From: Chloroflexota bacterium | Lineage (GTDB): Bacteria > Chloroflexota > UBA11872 > VXOZ01 | Assembly (NCBI GenBank): GCA_964291655.2 | Contig: OZ219802.1 | Location: 576,001-640,000, forward strand | Length of the DNA stretch: 64,000 nucleotides | Reading direction: 5' to 3' | Part shown: positions 59,346-64,000 of the stretch, in pieces | Layout of the letters: every line of letters starts with the position of its first letter | Position numbering within the stretch: the stretch's first letter is position 1 | Translations under genes and position numbers: made by a program | Notes under the pieces: model-generated | Seen by the model: the letters and a program-made list of their open reading frames with translations, nothing else | Told to the model about the DNA's origin: nothing | Database searches by the model: none

Positions 59346-60350
59346 CTAACTCTTGGCGTCGAGAGCAACTCGGAATCCGATGGCTTGCGGGTCTTGTCTT
59401 TCTGGACTCCCCCGGCTGGCACACCGCGAAAATTGCGTGGGATCCTGCCAGCAGCCGCCGCGCACTACACGGTACCGACCGTATTCTGCTACTTGGGACG
59501 CGATCACGTCACCGCCCTCGGATTCGGGATAGTTTCCTATGAATGATGCCGTCCATTCCGCAACATTCCCGGCCATATCCAAGACGCCATAGGGACTGGT
59601 GCCATCCGGATAGACTCCAACGGGCGTGGGCGCCGCGACACCGCCTTCCCAAACATTGCCACAAGTGTAGGAAAACGTCTCTCCCCAAGGAAACACCCTA
59701 CCATCCGTGCCGCGTGCCGCTTTTTCCCACTCCTCCTCCGTAGGTAAACGATAGGCATTCCCCGTCTCTCCCGCCAGCCAATCGCAGTACCCTACCGCTT
59801 CTTCCCAATTCACGTCCCTCACCGGCTGGTTCAGGATCCAGGGATCAACGGTAGTGCCATCCCAGTAGTCGCGGGGCGGCGCGCCGCCGGCAAGCGCAAA
59901 AGAGCGAAATTCCATATTCGTGACTAGATATCTCCCAATGAAGAATGTTGGGAGCTCAACCGATCGCGCCGGCGTTTCCATGAGCAACGCACCCCGCTGC
60001 GTACGGTGAGACTCCTCATCATCCTCGGTGCCTGCGGGGGCTCCTTCCAGAATCTGGTCTACTGTATCGCTCGCTGTACCCATTGTGAAGACGCCAGCCG
60101 GAATGCGCGCCATCTTGGGTTCTCGCGCGTGAATTCTCGGATCACCAAGAAAAGAGAGGGCTTTCCCCACCGAAACGCGCTCCAACACGCTGTATTGATT
60201 TGGTGTGGCGACCATGCGCGCCAAATCAGTCAGCGCAATTTGCTTCTCGCGCTCACTCAACATCAAGATCGCGCCATGTATTCGCTCCTGCACATTACTT
60301 TGCAGGTCAGACCAGATTTCCTGGCCGAGACGTTCCTCTGCTATGGCCAC
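59346..60350 (-). CDS. FGE/SUMF1-fold protein
   Basis: IPAG.FTMG, RLPTEEEWEKAARG, DMAGNVAEW, IGFR; lacks the catalytic CxxxxC of true FGE. Confidence 0.88.
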   Translation of the reverse strand: MAIAEERLGQEIWSDLQSNVQERIHGAILMLSEREKQIALTDLARMVATPNQYSVLERVSVGKALSFLGDPRIHAREPKMARIPAGVFTMGTASDTVDQILEGAPAGTEDDEESHRTQRGALLMETPARSVELPTFFIGRYLVTNMEFRSFALAGGAPPRDYWDGTTVDPWILNQPVRDVNWEEAVGYCDWLAGETGNAYRLPTEEEWEKAARGTDGRVFPWGETFSYTCGNVWEGGVAAPTPVGVYPDGTSPYGVLDMAGNVAEWTASFIGNYPESEGGDVIASQVAEYGRYRVVRGGCWQDPTQFSRCASRGSPERQDPQAIGFRVALDAKS

Positions 60351-60452
60351 GAGTTGTGTCTCCCACTTACCTGACTAATCTATCGAGCAAGAATGCCCCA
60401 TATAATGTATACAGAATTAAGCGTCAGTGCATTGCTGCGGGGTCGCTACTGC

Positions 60453-60881
60453 CTAAACTTCAGACCGCAGTCGCGCTCGCCTTCCCGTTATACCGGCGAG
60501 CACCCAGCGAACAAAGGCTACTACTGCCAATGCGTCGTCACGAACCTCATTCACGTCAATTCCGGTAGCAATCAAGCCGCCCTTGCCATCTCCCGAGCCT
60601 TTCTGTCGCAATAAGAGGTGCAAGATCACGCCCAGAATGGCAACGCTGCCAAGACGGCGAAATCCCGGCAGCATCCTGCCCGGAACGCGTACCGGCAGCC
60701 GCCCAAAGCCGGCCTCTTGTGCCAGTGCCTGAGAATATGCTACAGGCATGCTCCGACGTCGCAGGATGGTGCCAATAAGGAGGACGTAACCGGGAAGGCG
60801 GCCGCTGAGTCCGTGCATCTGTCTTCGCAACGAATGCGGCAACATCGGTCGATTCTCTGGACGCGACCTAAATACCTGCAT
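60453..60881 (-). CDS. hypothetical protein
   Basis: 142-aa ORF co-oriented with neighbours, with hydrophobic segments; no recognisable motif. Confidence 0.35.
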   Translation of the reverse strand: MQVFRSRPENRPMLPHSLRRQMHGLSGRLPGYVLLIGTILRRRSMPVAYSQALAQEAGFGRLPVRVPGRMLPGFRRLGSVAILGVILHLLLRQKGSGDGKGGLIATGIDVNEVRDDALAVVAFVRWVLAGITGRRARLRSEV

Positions 60882-61375
60882 CGCACTGGCTTCCCTGTTC
60901 CTGGATATGACTAAGCACCACGCCTAGCGCACTCTGCTTAAACTCGCATCAGGCGTACTTCATCGCCAAGAGGGAATAACGCAACCGCACGCGTTGCATA
61001 AGCGCGACAGGGACCCCTCAGCCGGGGCCTCTCATATCCTAAGGCCAACAACGGAAGAGATTCCGCATCTGCCTGAATTGTTGCTTCCCCCATGACTGCG
61101 GCGTGCCGGCTTCGGCAAATGCCTCAGCGCACACCGCTCGCACCTTAGCCACATAGTACTCACGGTACGCGCCAATGGCAAGAAGCTACCACGTGATTCT
61201 TATCTCGCTCTAAGAATCTATAAGGGCAGGATCGTGGCTCTTGCGTGGTTTAAACGAGAAACGGACAAGCTTAACCCTGCGTTGCACTCTGAGCTGCATA
61301 GGTGCCGCCTGTCCCAAGTTGCTCGCCAAGGTGGGGCCGCTGGTCGAGGCAAGGGGCTTGTAGAAATTAAATCCG

Positions 61376-62242
61376 TCATTCGTCTTGTGCTGCTGCAGAA
61401 TCTGACGTCCCTTCTTCAGGCGACTCTTCAGTGTCGGAAGGTAACCGGTACGTACAGACACTATTGAAATCACAATAGCTGCAAACTTTCGGATCCGGTT
61501 GCCGCAACTGCCAGAATGGACGGAAGTCCGCAGACCGGATACCTGCGGCAACGGCGTTCACACGTGCCACGTAGTGCTCGAGGTGCTCCTGCTGATAGCG
61601 AAAATCGAGCCGCTGATACGTGATTTCCTCGCCTTTCACCAGGACATCGAGGCGAACGGGAGGCAGCATGCTGACAAGTGGCAGTTGTCCGGGGCGCTGG
61701 CGCGCCCCCAGCCGCAAAGCATTGTAGCCAAGACTATACGTTAATAATTGTATGTCGTGTGCCAAGTAATCGGCGGGAAAGGGCGAAGCTGCCGTCTTAT
61801 GGTCTATAACCGTGCCTTCCTGGTCGACTAGGTCAACATAGCCAACTATGGGCACGTCCACTCCCGGCACACTGAAGTCGAACCGTTCTTCGATCAGATG
61901 CGGTCGGATGTGCGGGGCAACCTCTTCGACGTAGTATTCGACCAGGTCATACCCCAGCTCGCGTAATTCTTCTACTTCGGCGCGCCCCTCATCATCCAAT
62001 TCGTGCAAGGTGGCGTCGAGAGCGTCATCGAGAACGTCGAACGCCTCTTCTGTGTCGAGTATCCTTCCATCTCGTTTCTGCTTATAGAACATCTCGATGA
62101 CCGTGTGTACGGCGCGGCCAAGCAACTGCGCAGCCGTGCTCGGGACACGAACCCGTTCCGTGTACCGCAGATGGTACATATACGGGCACCGCTCATACGT
62201 GCGGATACTACTCGGAGACAATCGGCGCAACGGGCGTGCCAT
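61376..62242 (-). CDS. PD-(D/E)XK nuclease, RecB/AddB/Cas4-like, with 4-Cys staple
   Basis: LSPSSIRTYERCP, GYVD..IDHKT, QL..Y, CSYCDFNSVC. Confidence 0.88.
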   Translation of the reverse strand: MARPLRRLSPSSIRTYERCPYMYHLRYTERVRVPSTAAQLLGRAVHTVIEMFYKQKRDGRILDTEEAFDVLDDALDATLHELDDEGRAEVEELRELGYDLVEYYVEEVAPHIRPHLIEERFDFSVPGVDVPIVGYVDLVDQEGTVIDHKTAASPFPADYLAHDIQLLTYSLGYNALRLGARQRPGQLPLVSMLPPVRLDVLVKGEEITYQRLDFRYQQEHLEHYVARVNAVAAGIRSADFRPFWQLRQPDPKVCSYCDFNSVCTYRLPSDTEESPEEGTSDSAAAQDE

Positions 62243-62251
62243 CGTCCAAAC

Positions 62252-63268
62252 CTATCCAATTGCGCGGGGTAATCCCACGTCCAGCATTGTCAACAGTCCC
62301 GCTGGCGCCTCTGCCACGCGCGGCGCCATGTTCGCAATCATGGACCACGTCGCCTGGTCGCCGTGGGTGCCGCCCACTACTTCCAAGTGCATCGGCGGGT
62401 TGGCTTCAATGCTGATGCTGTCCCTGCCTGCTGCGGCGGCCATGCTCATGGTGAGATCCAAGACGAGCTCGCGGCCGTGACTGCTGCCTTCGATTGTTTG
62501 ATGAATGCCGGCCACTTGCCCGGCAGCAATGTCGAACTGTTCGGTCACAATGCTTTCCTCTGCGCACACTGGGTCGATTGACTCACGCGCATCCGCAATC
62601 TCCCAGCCCAAACCGGCGGCAATTAAATGGAAGGACTCTCGCAACCCCACGTGTCCAATTCCTCCCTGAGACGCCAATTGAAGAAAGTCAGCCTCTTCCA
62701 TGCCGGAACCGATCTTCTGCTGGAGCGCCAAGCGCCGCTCCCGGGCAGCAACGACCCGAGTGGAAACAACGCGCCGGACATCGCTGCACACCGCCGTTGC
62801 CACGAGCACCAGCGTATCCATGACAAAGCCCGGATTGACGCCGGTGCCAAGGATCGTTACCCCGCATTCTCGGGCCTTGGCGTCGATTTCTCTGGCCAAC
62901 TCCGGGTGGCGCAGCCAAGGGAATGCCAGCTCTTCACACGTACTCACTACATTGCAGCCGGCCGCCGCAATTTCCGTGAGCTGACCGACTACGTCCGGAA
63001 TGTGCGATCCTGTCGCCTGCAATACAACGTCAACTGACTGTGAATCCAGCACGTCGCCGAGTGAGGCCATAACCGGAATTTCCAGCGTCTCATTTGCGCC
63101 GAGAATCTCCCCCAGATCTCTGCCGACCTTCGCGGGATCTACGTCGACCGCGCCGACCACGTGCAACTGGGAACGCCCCAAAGCAGTTTGCACAATGCCG
63201 CACCCCACTGCCCCCAATCCCATTTGCGCAACGCGAATCGGTTCCACGGTCTCCCACTCCTTTGGCAA
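62252..63268 (-). CDS. NAD(P)H-dependent amine dehydrogenase / 2,4-diaminopentanoate dehydrogenase-like (DapB-fold)
   Basis: GLGAVG, NVVSTCEEL, LGTGVNPGF, GDQAT motifs. Confidence 0.82.
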   Translation of the reverse strand: MPKEWETVEPIRVAQMGLGAVGCGIVQTALGRSQLHVVGAVDVDPAKVGRDLGEILGANETLEIPVMASLGDVLDSQSVDVVLQATGSHIPDVVGQLTEIAAAGCNVVSTCEELAFPWLRHPELAREIDAKARECGVTILGTGVNPGFVMDTLVLVATAVCSDVRRVVSTRVVAARERRLALQQKIGSGMEEADFLQLASQGGIGHVGLRESFHLIAAGLGWEIADARESIDPVCAEESIVTEQFDIAAGQVAGIHQTIEGSSHGRELVLDLTMSMAAAAGRDSISIEANPPMHLEVVGGTHGDQATWSMIANMAPRVAEAPAGLLTMLDVGLPRAIG

Positions 63269-63457
63269 GCATTCGAGCTTGCTACTAAATCATCCGACAA
63301 CATGTGACGCAAAAGACCGCCAGTCTTCCCTACGTCACGATATGAAAGTCCGGCAGATCGCCCAAGGCCTCAGTCTGCGGCGAATTGAGCCAGCGCTGGC
63401 GCCGATGCAACCGCCGGCACACACCGACCCTGGCTCAAGGCACGCCGTCCTGGAAGG

Positions 63458-64000
63458 CTAGTCATCGAGATAGAGCCGCTGCAACGTCCTCGCAACAGCC
63501 TCGTGGTCGTCATTGTGGGTATATTCATCGGCAGCATCGCGGGCAGCTTGCGTCGCGTTTCCCACGGCTACACCCAGTCCTGCAAACTGTAGCATTTCAA
63601 TGTCATTTACATCATCGCCGAAGGCCACAACCTGGGCCGGTTCAATTGCCAGATGCGCGCAGAGCCACGTGAGAGCCGTAGCCTTGGAGGTATTGGGACC
63701 TAGAATTTCCAAGGCGCTCTGCCCGTCACGCACGAAGGAACTGGACTCGCGGCCTCGCCAGAATACCAGCGTGTAATCGTGTCCGGTTGACACCAGCGCA
63801 TCGGCCAATTCTCGCAACTCCTCCTCTTCACCCCAGAGCACTATTTCAATTGGATCGGGGAGGTCGGTGACCGTATTGAGATCGACAAAGAGCGATTCGA
63901 GCTCGGGACGCCGCTTGAGCTGTCCCTGCGGACCCCGATGGGCATGCCAGTCACCGTCGAATAACATGCGGTCTCCCGCTGCGGCATTCTCATAGACAGT
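63458..64000 (-). CDS. Cof-type HAD-IIB hydrolase (5' part outside window)
   Basis: LEI..TSKA.AL, AFGDDVNDIEML..AG.GVAVGNA. Confidence 0.88.
   Translation of the reverse strand, partial: TVYENAAAGDRMLFDGDWHAHRGPQGQLKRRPELESLFVDLNTVTDLPDPIEIVLWGEEEELRELADALVSTGHDYTLVFWRGRESSSFVRDGQSALEILGPNTSKATALTWLCAHLAIEPAQVVAFGDDVNDIEMLQFAGLGVAVGNATQAARDAADEYTHNDDHEAVARTLQRLYLDD

Overview
A 64 kb bacterial chromosomal segment of moderately high GC content; the gene repertoire suggests Chloroflexota (inference). It is mostly housekeeping: a suf Fe-S operon with an Rrf2 regulator, a PLD-family lipoprotein, HU, tRNA-Ser(CGA) followed by a VOC/DUF1697 islet, ilvBNC-leuA behind a probable leader-peptide attenuator, mobB, prfB with its +1 frameshift, nth, ktrAB, an AhpE-type peroxiredoxin, apgM-selA-moaA, a DUF2089/DUF4097 pair, a D,D-carboxypeptidase, and FGE-fold, PD-(D/E)XK, amine-dehydrogenase-like and Cof genes. 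There are also two large uncharacterised envelope modules. One is a MacAB-like exporter with an 807-aa adaptor. The other is a seven-gene carbohydrate-ABC cluster (giant SBP, NHL-TPR-YIP1 protein, DUF5696-like protein). Several REP-like palindromes are present, but no CRISPR array, rRNA, integrase or transposase was seen. The most unusual unannotated element is a self-contained ~330-nt minus-strand unit at 31618-31985: promoter, strong SD, 22-aa ORF, switch-like RNA domain and terminator. All family calls are from motif recognition, not database searches.
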